Of a stretch of DNA of 30,422 nt, positions 16,211-25,360 are shown in pieces. Numbering within the stretch: the first letter of the stretch is position 1; every line of letters starts with the position of its first letter. This DNA is from an uncultured archaeon (GTDB lineage: Archaea; Iainarchaeota; Iainarchaeia; Iainarchaeales; CSSED10-239). Both the position numbers and the translations under genes were made by a program. The notes beneath the pieces are model-generated. The model did not search any database and was not told where the DNA came from. It worked only from the letters and a program-made list of their open reading frames with translations. The stretch is from assembly GCA_964586355.1 (NCBI GenBank), contig CAZPGO010000035.1, positions 1 through 30,422 of the forward strand, written 5' to 3'.

Positions 16211-17380
16211 TTGTCAGATACCCAAGGAACAAGTAAAGTTGTAGCAAAAGATGCTAACACAGAAAAAATACAGAGAAGTGATGATGAAGACTTAGAAGAA
16301 TTTTTGAGATCTTCTCTACCAAACATCTATGTGATTGGTGTTGGGGGTAGTGGAGGAAATAGTCTTGATCGTATGAATCGTGTAGGTATTGAAGGAACAG
16401 CATTAATTGCAATGAACACTGATGCCCAAGCACTTTTAAAGATAAAAGCCGATAAAAAAATGCTTATTGGTAAGAAAACCACAAGAGGACTAGGTGCTGG
16501 ATCTAACCCAGAAGTAGGAAAAGGTGCTGCACAAGAATCAGAAGAAGATATAAAAAAAATTTTAAAAGATGCTGATATGGTTTTTGTAACCTGTGGGCTT
16601 GGTGGAGGAACAGGAACAGGAGCTATTCCAGAAATTTCAAAAATAGTTAAAGAAAATAATGCTTTGTGTGTTGGTGTTGTTACCTTACCATTTGCAGTAG
16701 AAGGAAAACAAAGAATTGAAAATGCTTTGTCTGGTCTTGAAAGACTAAAAAAAGAAGTAGACACATTAATAATAATACCAAATGATAAAATATTAGAAAT
16801 CGCTCCAGATCTTCCACTACAAATAGCTTTTCAAGAAGTGGATAAGATATTAACACATTCTGTTAAAGGAATAATAGAATTAGTAACAAGAGCAGGAATA
16901 ATTAACTTAGACTTTGCAGATCTAAGAACCATTTTATCTAATGGTGGTCTTGCTATGATTGGTGTTGGAGAAACAGCCTCTAACAATAGAGGAAATAATG
17001 ATTCAAGAGCAATTGGAGCTATTGAAGATGCTTTAACTTCTCCCCTACTAGATATGGATATATCTAATGCAAAGAAAGCATTAGTAAATGTAATTGGTGG
17101 AGCAGATATGACATTAAAAGAAGCAGAGGTTATTGTTGAAACTGTGGCTTCAAAAATAAGTCAAGAAGCACATATTATTTGGGGGGCTATGATAGATGAC
17201 GAGATCCCTAAAAGTTCTATAAAAGTTATGGTGGTAATCTCTGGTGCTGATATTCCTTATCTTTCACAAGTTAATGGAGTTACAAGTTCTAGTTCAGAAA
17301 TTATAGAGGATAATATAAAAAAAGAAGAACCTAAAGAAAAGCTTTTTAATCAGGCAGAAAAGGTTATAAAAAACAACTGA
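16211..17380 (+). CDS. ftsZ: Cell division GTPase FtsZ
   Basis: 389 aa with VIGVGGSGGN, NTDAQAL and the tubulin signature GGGTGTG. It lies upstream of secE-spt5-rpl11, as in many archaea. Confidence 0.95.
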   Translation: MSDTQGTSKVVAKDANTEKIQRSDDEDLEEFLRSSLPNIYVIGVGGSGGNSLDRMNRVGIEGTALIAMNTDAQALLKIKADKKMLIGKKTTRGLGAGSNPEVGKGAAQESEEDIKKILKDADMVFVTCGLGGGTGTGAIPEISKIVKENNALCVGVVTLPFAVEGKQRIENALSGLERLKKEVDTLIIIPNDKILEIAPDLPLQIAFQEVDKILTHSVKGIIELVTRAGIINLDFADLRTILSNGGLAMIGVGETASNNRGNNDSRAIGAIEDALTSPLLDMDISNAKKALVNVIGGADMTLKEAEVIVETVASKISQEAHIIWGAMIDDEIPKSSIKVMVVISGADIPYLSQVNGVTSSSSEIIEDNIKKEEPKEKLFNQAEKVIKNN

Positions 17381-17456
17381 TTTTTTTGTAATTTTTAAAA
17401 ATAATAGCTTTTTAAAGAATTTTAATCATATAATATTTTAGTAATAGTGATAAAAT

Positions 17457-17633
17457 ATGAAAATATTTAAAAAAATAAAAGAATTTTTAATCTCATCAAA
17501 AAGAATACTATCAATATCAACAAAACCAAGCAAAAAAGAATTTTGGACAATGTCAAAAGTTATTGGTCTTGGAATGGTTATTATTGGTATTATTGGTTTT
17601 TTGGTTAAGTTAATAATGGAATTTATACTTTAG
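17457..17633 (+). CDS. secE: Preprotein translocase subunit SecE / Sec61-gamma (58 aa, absent from the ORF track)
   Basis: My translation is MKIFKKIKEFLISSKRILSISTKPSKKEFWTMSKVIGLGMVIIGIIGFLVKLIMEFIL. The pattern KP(S/T)KxEF...KV..LG...G.IGF plus a single C-terminal TM is typical archaeal SecE. It sits in the canonical position before spt5. Confidence 0.8.
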   Translation: MKIFKKIKEFLISSKRILSISTKPSKKEFWTMSKVIGLGMVIIGIIGFLVKLIMEFIL

Positions 17634-17642
17634 TGATCAAAT

Positions 17643-18080
17643 ATGATTTTTACTGTAAGAACAACTGTTGGACAAGAAAAAGTAGTTATTGATATTTTAC
17701 ATAATAAAATAAAAGATGATGAACTTCCAGTCTATTCATTAGTAGAGATGGCAGATCTAAAAGGCTACATCTTAATAGAAGCAGACACAGAAAAAACAGT
17801 TGAGCTGTTAATACACAATGTTCCACATATAAAAGGTGGACAAATAGTTTCTGGGAAAATAAATGTTAAAGAGATTGCTGGAATATTAGAATCTAGACCT
17901 CTAATGTCCTCTATAAAGCCAGGACAAACAGTTGAAGTTATCTTGGGCCCTTTTAAAGGATCTAGAGCTAGAGTAACAAGAGTTAATGTTGCAAAAGAAG
18001 AAGTAGTAATAGAACTTTTTGATGCAACTGTTAAGATTCCAATAACTATAAAAGCAGAAAATATAAAATTATTAAACTAA
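17643..18080 (+). CDS. spt5: Transcription elongation factor Spt5 (archaeal NusG)
   Basis: 145 aa with an NGN domain (IFTVRTTVGQEK..GYILIE) and a KOW motif (GQTVEVILGPFKGSRARVTRVN). A GTGATC SD overlaps the secE stop. Confidence 0.9.
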   Translation: MIFTVRTTVGQEKVVIDILHNKIKDDELPVYSLVEMADLKGYILIEADTEKTVELLIHNVPHIKGGQIVSGKINVKEIAGILESRPLMSSIKPGQTVEVILGPFKGSRARVTRVNVAKEEVVIELFDATVKIPITIKAENIKLLN

Positions 18081-18105
18081 AAATAAAAAGAGAGTGAAAA
18101 AAATT

Positions 18106-18573
18106 ATGACAACAATAAAAGTTTTAGTAGATGCCGGAAAAGCAAATGCTGGTCCACCAATTGGTCCTGCTTTAGGTCCCTTAGGTGTTAACACTGTTGA
18201 AGTTGTTAATGAGATTAATAAGGTGACAAAGGATTTAGAAGGTATGCAAGTACCAGTAAAAATACATATTAATACAGACAAATCTTATTCAGTTGAAGTG
18301 GGTTCCCCATTAACAAGTGCTTTAATAAAAAAAGAATTAAATATTAAAAAAGCATCAGGAGTTCCAAACACAACATTTGTTGGTAATTTAACTCTTGATC
18401 AATTACTTAAAATAACAAAAGCAAAATATCCACAACTAAATTCAAGAGATATGGAATCAGCTTTAAAAGAAGTTGTTGGAACCTGTAGATCTTTGGGTGT
18501 AACTGTTGATGGATTAACACCTAAAGAGATTACTGAAAAGATAAATAATAAAGAATATAAAGACAAATATTAG
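18106..18573 (+). CDS. rpl11: 50S ribosomal protein L11 (uL11)
   Basis: It contains GKANAGPPIGPALGPLGVN, the hallmark of L11. I prefer ATG 18106 (MTTIKVLV...) over the GTG at 18094 used by the ORF track, because the GTG lies in a GAGTGA SD-like element. Confidence 0.9.
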   Translation: MTTIKVLVDAGKANAGPPIGPALGPLGVNTVEVVNEINKVTKDLEGMQVPVKIHINTDKSYSVEVGSPLTSALIKKELNIKKASGVPNTTFVGNLTLDQLLKITKAKYPQLNSRDMESALKEVVGTCRSLGVTVDGLTPKEITEKINNKEYKDKY

Positions 18574-18574
18574 A

Positions 18575-18599
18575 TTTTTTTTTAATATTCTCTTTTTTT
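18575..18599 (+). terminator. Oligo-T runs (T9, T7) after rpl11
   Basis: A T9 run at 18575-18583 begins 2 nt after the stop codon, and a T7 run lies at 18593-18599. Confidence 0.4.
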
Positions 18600-18706
18600 A
18601 TTATTTTTTTAAAAAAAATATATTTTTATATACTATTTCCTTATATTTTATAAATATATTTTAAATAAGGTGATTAATTATCAAAAAAATCTTTTCTAGT
18701 TTAATA

Positions 18707-19192
18707 ATGTTAATAGCTTTTTTAGTTTTTACAAATAATATCTTTGCAGCAGACTTAGCAATTACAGATCTTTCTGTGCCAAAAGTTGTTTATGCTGATT
18801 CTAATTTTGATGTGAATATTTATGTTGCAAACACAGATGGGTCTAGGGCTTTTGTTGATCTGAATATTGAATTTTATAGACCTAATATGCCTGTGATGAT
18901 TGTTACAACCAACGCTTTTATTGCTGGCAATTCTATTGGTGTTGTAAATTATGCATTTATTAATGTTGACACAAATTTTTCAAATAGTCAACATATTATA
19001 AGAGCTATTATTACTAATGAAACAAATGAAGATCCAACAAACAACATAGCAACAAAATATTTTGTAGTCTCTAAATCACAAGTAAAAACCCCAGTTCCAG
19101 ACCTGCCTATTTTTTTAGGTATTGCTGTTGGTCTATTTGCTGGTTTTTTTGTAATCTCTTCTAAAAAAAATAAAAAAGGTTCTAATAAATGA
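18707..19192 (+). CDS. Secreted, C-terminally anchored protein with CARDB-like domain (true start may be the upstream ATT/ATC at 18677/18680)
   Basis: 161 aa. DLAITDLSVPKVVYADSNFDVNIYVANTDGS resembles the CARDB N-terminal strand pattern. A C-terminal TM (IFLGIAVGLFAGFFVI) is followed by a Lys-rich tail. Confidence 0.5.
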   Translation: MLIAFLVFTNNIFAADLAITDLSVPKVVYADSNFDVNIYVANTDGSRAFVDLNIEFYRPNMPVMIVTTNAFIAGNSIGVVNYAFINVDTNFSNSQHIIRAIITNETNEDPTNNIATKYFVVSKSQVKTPVPDLPIFLGIAVGLFAGFFVISSKKNKKGSNK

Positions 19193-20109
19193 ATGAAACA
19201 GAAATATCACTTTTAAAAAAATCAGGACAAATAACAAATAAAGCACATAAGTTAGCAAAAAAAATAATTAAGCCAGGAGCTTCTTTTTATGAGGTTGGCA
19301 CAAAAATTGAAAACTTTATAAAAGATCAAGGTGCTTTTCCAGCTTTTCCAATAAACTTGTCCTATAATAATCAAGCAGCACATAATTCCTATAGTGATGA
19401 GGAAGTTATAATAAATGAGGATATGATATTAAAAGTAGATATTGGTTCACAGATTGATGGATATATTACAGATTCTGCACAAACAATTATTTTTAATAAA
19501 AAACATGAGCTTTTAAGAGAAGCAAGTTTTAAGGCTTTACAAGATGCAAAGAAATATATTTCAGAAAACTTAAGTACAGCTAAAGTTAGTGATGTTGGAG
19601 AGATTGTCGAAAATAAGATCTTTTCTTATGGTTTTAGACCAATATGTAATCTTACAGGTCATTTTATATCCATATATGAAACTCATGATCACCCCTCAAT
19701 TCCAAATATCAAAAACAATATTGATTTAAAATTTAGGGATCTTTGTAAAGATAAATGGTTTGCAATAGAACCATTTGCTTCAACTGGTAAGGGAGAGATC
19801 TTTGAAGGTCCAGAAGTTTTTATATTTCAGCATATAGAAGATAGACCAATAAGAAACCAAAATGCAAGAATATTATTAGAAGAGATAAAAGAATTTAATG
19901 GATTACCTTTTTTGGAATACTGGATAGGCAAAAACATCTCTGCCTTTGATAAAAAGTTTGCTCTAAGAGAACTATTAAAGCAACAGATTATTTCTAGTTA
20001 TCCTGTTTTATTAGAAAAACAAGGGGTTTCTATTTCACAATGGGAAACAAGTTTTGCAATATTTAATGATGAATTAATTGATTTGGTGAATATTCATGAG
20101 TTCTACTGA
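19189..20109 (+). CDS. map: Methionine aminopeptidase, type 2 (archaeal)
   Basis: 306 aa. Metal-ligand contexts are present: VDIGSQIDGYITDSAQT, LTGHFI...HD, FAIEPFASTG and SQWETS. It overlaps the upstream gene by 4 nt (ATGA). Confidence 0.85.
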   Translation: MNETEISLLKKSGQITNKAHKLAKKIIKPGASFYEVGTKIENFIKDQGAFPAFPINLSYNNQAAHNSYSDEEVIINEDMILKVDIGSQIDGYITDSAQTIIFNKKHELLREASFKALQDAKKYISENLSTAKVSDVGEIVENKIFSYGFRPICNLTGHFISIYETHDHPSIPNIKNNIDLKFRDLCKDKWFAIEPFASTGKGEIFEGPEVFIFQHIEDRPIRNQNARILLEEIKEFNGLPFLEYWIGKNISAFDKKFALRELLKQQIISSYPVLLEKQGVSISQWETSFAIFNDELIDLVNIHEFY

Positions 20110-21079
20110 CTTTTTAAATAAAAAAAATATTTTTAAGTTATTTTTAATAACATTATCCTTAGTCATTTGGGTTTATTTTTTTGTAGCCAGTAAAGCAAGT
20201 TTAGATTTAATTATAGTTTTTGATCTTCAATCCATAATTAACACCTATTTTACTACTAACTTTTTATTCTTTTTATTATTTTTTCCATTAACCACAATTA
20301 TTGTTATTGCCATGTCCTTTAGTGAGGATAAAAAAATAAACCTGTTAAATATTCTTTTTGGAATGTTAATTGCAATAGTTTTATCTATGATTATTTTTAA
20401 ACTAAGTTATGTTTTTTTAGTGTTTTTAATACTTTATTTAATCTTACATATAGTAATTAGCTTTATTGCCTCAAATAAATATTTAGAAAACCCTGAAAAA
20501 AAGATAATCTCTATTGCAACATCTTTAAATTCCATAATTACTTTACTTTTTTGTTTAGTTTTGTTTTTAACAATTTTTTTAGGAATCTTACCAGATCAAA
20601 AAATAAAAGCAGAACAAATGGAGATTGGTGTGGTTAATCTTTTTGTTGGAGAAGATATTACTAATTGGGTTAATACTTCTTACAGTATTAGTAGGCAATG
20701 CACCTTAGCAAACATAGATTTTATTATGGGCTCATCTCAATATAGGGCTCTTGAGCAAGAAGATGGCAAAGAATCAAAAGCCTTTATAAATTACTTAGAA
20801 AGCCTTAAGGAGAGAAGCCAAGAACCAAAAACAAGTGAGGATATTGTGGCTTTGTATCCTGATATGACCTCTAACAATATACGAACAAATGTTTTAAAGA
20901 CCATTAAATCTATTCCTTTAATGAATATTATAGAGTCCAATTTTGCAATAATCTTTGCTCTTTTAATTATTTTTTTAGTATATTTCTATTTTTGGCTTGC
21001 TTTTTTAATAAGTACGATCTTTGTAGTAATTTTTTATAAAATATTTAATATTAATAAAAATACAGAAAATATAGAATAA
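20096..21079 (+). CDS. Hypothetical polytopic membrane protein (about 5 TM, a soluble loop of about 115 aa, then 2 TM)
   Basis: 327-aa ORF that overlaps map by 14 nt. It has no recognisable motif. Confidence 0.5.
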   Translation: MSSTDFLNKKNIFKLFLITLSLVIWVYFFVASKASLDLIIVFDLQSIINTYFTTNFLFFLLFFPLTTIIVIAMSFSEDKKINLLNILFGMLIAIVLSMIIFKLSYVFLVFLILYLILHIVISFIASNKYLENPEKKIISIATSLNSIITLLFCLVLFLTIFLGILPDQKIKAEQMEIGVVNLFVGEDITNWVNTSYSISRQCTLANIDFIMGSSQYRALEQEDGKESKAFINYLESLKERSQEPKTSEDIVALYPDMTSNNIRTNVLKTIKSIPLMNIIESNFAIIFALLIIFLVYFYFWLAFLISTIFVVIFYKIFNINKNTENIE

Positions 21080-21081
21080 AT

Positions 21082-22422
21082 ATGATAAAAATGAAGTTAA
21101 TGAAAATAACAACACTATTTTTTTTAATCATAATAAGTACATCAATTTTTGCAACATCAACAACCACTGCACAAAATATAGCAAAGCAATATCTTTTAGA
21201 AAATGAGTTCGTGGATGTTAGTGCAAGTAATATCTCTTGTGATGACTCTGATTATTATTTGGTGCCTATAATAGATGTAAAAAGTAATATTGTTTTTTAT
21301 GTTCCAATATCTGCAGAAAATGGAGAAGTCTTTAAAGAAAAAAATCAAGATAATAAGATAAGATCTTTATTTAAATCTTCAAACCTTATCTTTGAGATAA
21401 GTAAAGCAACAAGTAACAACTATCTTACAACTCAGTTAATAGATAAGATTGATTCTTTAAGGCTAGTTTTAGAGTCTAAGGACGCTAGACTTGATGGTAT
21501 TATAAAATCTAATTATTCATCAATAATTACAAATAAAGTAAAAGACACAAAAAACAAATTAACAGCATTAATCTCTCAATTAGAAGATCTGCAAACAAAT
21601 CTTTCAAAAGCACAAAGAGATCAATCCGATTTTTTAGGATCTCCAGATTGTTCAAAAACAGATGCTTTAATCTTAACTTATAAAGATGCTTTTGAAGGTT
21701 ATCAAAATCTAACAAAACAAGCTTTGGATTATAGAGATTCTATTAACTTAATAATTTCAGAAGTTGTGTCAAATGAAGAACTAGATGAAAACACAAAAAG
21801 AGTTGTTTTAAGTTATGTTGAGTCACCAACAAACCTAAGTTCAGATATTAGCATAATTACTCAAAGTGTTTCTTCAACAAAAAGTTTTTATGATCCAATA
21901 GTTTTAGAGCTAGAAAGGTCTGGAGAAAATAGTAAGATTAATGAAATGTTAAATAATTTTAGAGCAAGAGAAGAATATATAGTGGCAAAATCTTTACTAT
22001 ATAATTATGATTCAGATCTAAAAACATCATTAGATCAAAAAATAAAAAACATACTAAATCCTGATGTGGTAAATTTTTATAAAGACCTAGAAACTGTTAC
22101 TAAACTAAGTAGTAATTATGAGCAAATAAATGATCTATATTCTAAAGGAAAATATACAGAAGTAATCCCAAAAATAAAAACTGCAAAAACACAGGCGGAA
22201 AAAATAATAACAGAGGGCTTTAATTATCAACAAGAGGAACCAATAGTAATAAAATATTATTTTATTGTTGTTGGAGTAAGTATTGTTCTTTTAATAATAC
22301 TTTTTATTAATAAAGATAAGATCTTCAAACAAAAAAAGAAAAAGCCAAAAACCACCTCTCCAGAAAAGAAAGAAGTTAATTCTTTAGATTCACTTATGGA
22401 AAGAAACGATCCTTTTAAATAG
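21082..22422 (+). CDS. Hypothetical secreted coiled-coil protein with a PepSY-like N-terminal module and C-terminal TM anchor
   Basis: 446 aa with a signal peptide (LFFLIIISTSIFATSTTTAQ). AQNIAKQYLLEN...YYLVPIID...VPISAENGEVF resembles PepSY. A long heptad-like middle is followed by the TM YYFIVVGVSIVLLIILFI and a KKKKPK tail. Confidence 0.45.
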   Translation: MIKMKLMKITTLFFLIIISTSIFATSTTTAQNIAKQYLLENEFVDVSASNISCDDSDYYLVPIIDVKSNIVFYVPISAENGEVFKEKNQDNKIRSLFKSSNLIFEISKATSNNYLTTQLIDKIDSLRLVLESKDARLDGIIKSNYSSIITNKVKDTKNKLTALISQLEDLQTNLSKAQRDQSDFLGSPDCSKTDALILTYKDAFEGYQNLTKQALDYRDSINLIISEVVSNEELDENTKRVVLSYVESPTNLSSDISIITQSVSSTKSFYDPIVLELERSGENSKINEMLNNFRAREEYIVAKSLLYNYDSDLKTSLDQKIKNILNPDVVNFYKDLETVTKLSSNYEQINDLYSKGKYTEVIPKIKTAKTQAEKIITEGFNYQQEEPIVIKYYFIVVGVSIVLLIILFINKDKIFKQKKKKPKTTSPEKKEVNSLDSLMERNDPFK

Positions 22423-22424
22423 TT

Positions 22425-24473
22425 TTAATTATTTATTTGGTTTAGTTTCTCTTCTGTTGCTTTATACTTGTTAAGAGCTAATTTAAACTCTACATAGTCT
22501 TTTGGGTGTTTTTCAATAAGGTCCTCAATGAATTTTATTCTCTCATTTATTACTTCTAATAAAGTATTTATATTTAGATTATATTCCTTAGAGATATCTT
22601 TTAGAATCTCACTTTTATAAGTAATTGGGAGATCACTTGTAAATAGATCCTCTTTGTGTTTTTCTTTTGGTTGATCTGAATAGTTATATACTGCATTATA
22701 TTCTATTTTATTTTCTTTAATATTAAAACCTCTTACCTCATCAATCTCTTTTATACTTCTTTTGGTCTCACTACCTCCAGAGAACCCACCAACAATAACA
22801 ACATCAAGACTAGTTAATAATGATGGTTCTAAAGAAATTGGTGGGGTTATTAATCTGTTAACAAGATCATTTAGACTTCTTGCGTGTAATGTTGATAAAC
22901 AACAGTGACCAGAAGCCATACCTTGAAACATCAAAGAAATTTCTTCTCCTCTAACTTCACCGATTATCAAGTAATCAGGTCTTTGTCTAAAGGATTCTTT
23001 TATTAGATCCCCCATAGTAACTTCACCATACTTTTTACCAGAATTGTCTGGTGGTCCAAATCCTGGTCTTGTTATGTGGGGTACCCAATTATCTAATAAC
23101 AAATTAATTTCACGAGTATCTTCAATTGATACAACTCTTTTGCCTGGAGGTATAAATGAGGTTATAACATTTAACAAGGTTGTTTTACCAGCAGCAGTTG
23201 GACCAATAATTACTACTGTTTTTCTAAATTCCATAATTGTCCAAAGATAAGCAATTAAAACAGGATTAAGTGTTTTTCCTTTTGCAAGATCTATTGCAGT
23301 TAATGGGTTTTGAGGGAATTTTCTAATAGTGAATGTTGGACCTCTAGTAGAAACATTACTTGTTAGTGTTGCATTTACACGAGATCCATCAGGCAAAATA
23401 GAATCTAATAAAGGTGATGCATATGATACATAACTTTTACAAAGGTGTGCCATCTTTATAACAAACTGTTGTAATTCTTTCTCATCATCATAAACCAGAT
23501 TTGTAGCAAGATTACCATATTTTCTATGAACAATAAAAATAGGTATTCCTGTTCCATCTTGTTCTATATCTTCAATTAGTGGATCATGCATTAATGGTTC
23601 TATAATATCTAGACCTTTTATTTGTTTGCCTATATAATAAATAATATTTGCTTCTTGTTGAGCAGATAATTTTATTTTTTTCTTACTAAATATTTTTTTT
23701 ACTTGTTTTAATAAACTATTTTCATCTTTTAGATCCATTAATGATATTTTGTTTATTAGTTCTTGTTTTGTATCCTCTAATATTTTCTTTTCTTCGTCAT
23801 TTAGTTCTGGTTCAACAACTATATATTTTCTTTCCCCTTCTTTTTCTTCAATCATAGCATAAGCAAAACCAGGTATTAATACTTGATAGTTTTCTGGTTG
23901 TAGTTCTTTAGGTGTTGAAAACTCTGGTCTTTTATCATGTTTTGATATTGTAGAAATTGCGTCTTCTTTTTTAACTTCTTTTTTTGTAATTGTTTTTTTA
24001 CCTCTAAGAGCAAAAAGATTTGTTATGCTATCAGTGAATCTCTTTTGTTCTTTACTAACATAAGCTTTTTGTGTAGAAAAATTAGTTGTTATATTTTTTA
24101 TTTCTGGTTTTTCTACTTTTATTTTCTTTTTGGTTTTAAATAATTTTTTTATTTCTGAAATTACTTTTACATACTTGGATTTTTTATACCTTTTATATTT
24201 TGTGGTATATGGGATATCTAAATTTTTTGAAATATCCAATAATTTATTATTATACTCTAAAAAAAAATTTAAAAATATTTTACAAAGATCTTTGCTTTTT
24301 TTTAAAGAATCATCTTTATCTAGTTCTTTTAATAATTGAGAAGTAGTGATTTCTTTTTTTGCTAATTTTTCAAAAAGCTCTTTTTCTTTATCGGTTCTTT
24401 GATTTTCATTTTCTTTAATTTCTGTTATGAGCTCTAGTAATTTTGACGAATCATTTCTAGATGGTAAGTTCAT
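22425..24473 (-). CDS. Type IV filament / secretion ATPase of the archaeal FlaI(ArlI)/PilB/GspE family, with a Lys-rich N-terminal extension of about 195 aa
   Basis: 682 aa. Motifs present: KYIVVEPELNDEE (archaeal FlaI-type N-domain), Walker A GPTAAGKTT (nt 23178-23204), Asp box VVSIEDTREI, Walker B PDYLIIGEVRGEE and His box GHCCLSTLHA. Confidence 0.85.
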   Translation of the reverse strand: MNLPSRNDSSKLLELITEIKENENQRTDKEKELFEKLAKKEITTSQLLKELDKDDSLKKSKDLCKIFLNFFLEYNNKLLDISKNLDIPYTTKYKRYKKSKYVKVISEIKKLFKTKKKIKVEKPEIKNITTNFSTQKAYVSKEQKRFTDSITNLFALRGKKTITKKEVKKEDAISTISKHDKRPEFSTPKELQPENYQVLIPGFAYAMIEEKEGERKYIVVEPELNDEEKKILEDTKQELINKISLMDLKDENSLLKQVKKIFSKKKIKLSAQQEANIIYYIGKQIKGLDIIEPLMHDPLIEDIEQDGTGIPIFIVHRKYGNLATNLVYDDEKELQQFVIKMAHLCKSYVSYASPLLDSILPDGSRVNATLTSNVSTRGPTFTIRKFPQNPLTAIDLAKGKTLNPVLIAYLWTIMEFRKTVVIIGPTAAGKTTLLNVITSFIPPGKRVVSIEDTREINLLLDNWVPHITRPGFGPPDNSGKKYGEVTMGDLIKESFRQRPDYLIIGEVRGEEISLMFQGMASGHCCLSTLHARSLNDLVNRLITPPISLEPSLLTSLDVVIVGGFSGGSETKRSIKEIDEVRGFNIKENKIEYNAVYNYSDQPKEKHKEDLFTSDLPITYKSEILKDISKEYNLNINTLLEVINERIKFIEDLIEKHPKDYVEFKLALNKYKATEEKLNQINN

Positions 24474-24509
24474 AAATAATCTTTAAAAAAATAATAGTAA
24501 GAAGAGACA

Positions 24510-24857
24510 TTATTGGTCTATTTTTATTTCTTCTTCTCCTTCTACTTCTGCAACTTTATTATATTCTTCTTTTAGTTTTGCAAGATTATCACTAATACTA
24601 TTAACAGTTTCAGCAATATCATCCCAGGCTTCTTTTTTAGCATTTGTGTTTGCTGCAACTCTTTTTTTGTTTATTTCTAACATTGTTGCATAAGAAAATT
24701 TACTTATATCTCCATCATCTAATTTTTTTTTAATATTTTCTAGCTCTTTTTTAATGGTGTCCTCATCATTTTGAGATACTCTTAAAATCTCTAATTTTGC
24801 AATAACAGAATTGCTTAGTTTTTCTATTTCATCTATTATATTTTGTGTTCCTGACAT
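24510..24857 (-). CDS. Hypothetical acidic coiled-coil protein
   Basis: 115 aa, Glu/Lys/Asp-rich with heptad character and no TM segment. It lies 36 nt upstream of the ATPase gene. Confidence 0.45.
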   Translation of the reverse strand: MSGTQNIIDEIEKLSNSVIAKLEILRVSQNDEDTIKKELENIKKKLDDGDISKFSYATMLEINKKRVAANTNAKKEAWDDIAETVNSISDNLAKLKEEYNKVAEVEGEEEIKIDQ

Positions 24858-24867
24858 ATTTATAACC

Positions 24868-25350
24868 TCAATTTTTTAATTGTGTAATTTGATTTTTATT
24901 ATTATATATATTTAAATAATATCCACTAATGTCTATATATGTACAATTACATAAATATATATTCGTATTATTTATAAACCTATCTGTTTTTAGAGTGTTT
25001 TTATTTGCTACTTGGTTAATAATTTCCTCATCTTTTATTAAATTACAAGTATTTCCTGTATAGTTGCTAAAATAAAAACAATTCTCGTCTTCTATTATCG
25101 TACAAAACTTAACCTCTTGTGAATGTGATTTTATATAATTATAAATATTTAGTAATTTTTCATCAATAGTTTCTTCTGAAAGATCACTATTTAAAAGAAC
25201 CTCAAACTCATTATTAAAATTACTAGCAAGCATTTCTTGTTTATAATCTGTTTGAGAAACTTGTTTTTGATTATTTAATATTAGTACACCAGTAATTGAC
25301 ATAATTAAAATTATTGTAACTATTATATATGTAAAGCCTTTTGATTTCAT
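24868..25350 (-). CDS. Putative archaeal type IV pilin-like protein (class III signal peptide)
   Basis: 160 aa. The N-terminus MKSKG/FTYIIVTIILIMSITGVLIL combines a basic residue, Gly, a hydrophobic helix of about 20 residues and a K-G|F-T prepilin-peptidase-type site. The globular part is Cys/Asn/Tyr-rich with 6 Cys. Confidence 0.5.
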   Translation of the reverse strand: MKSKGFTYIIVTIILIMSITGVLILNNQKQVSQTDYKQEMLASNFNNEFEVLLNSDLSEETIDEKLLNIYNYIKSHSQEVKFCTIIEDENCFYFSNYTGNTCNLIKDEEIINQVANKNTLKTDRFINNTNIYLCNCTYIDISGYYLNIYNNKNQITQLKN

Positions 25351-25360
25351 TCATTTCACA

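Noticed and set aside
20096-21079. The 327-aa polytopic membrane protein convergent to the ATPase locus could be the missing PilC/TadC/ArlJ platform.
   Set aside because: Its topology is 5 TM, a soluble loop of about 115 aa, then 2 TM, with no N-terminal cytoplasmic helical domain. That does not resemble T2SSF-domain proteins. It is also transcribed in a different operon on the other strand. Only an HMM or structure search could revive this idea.
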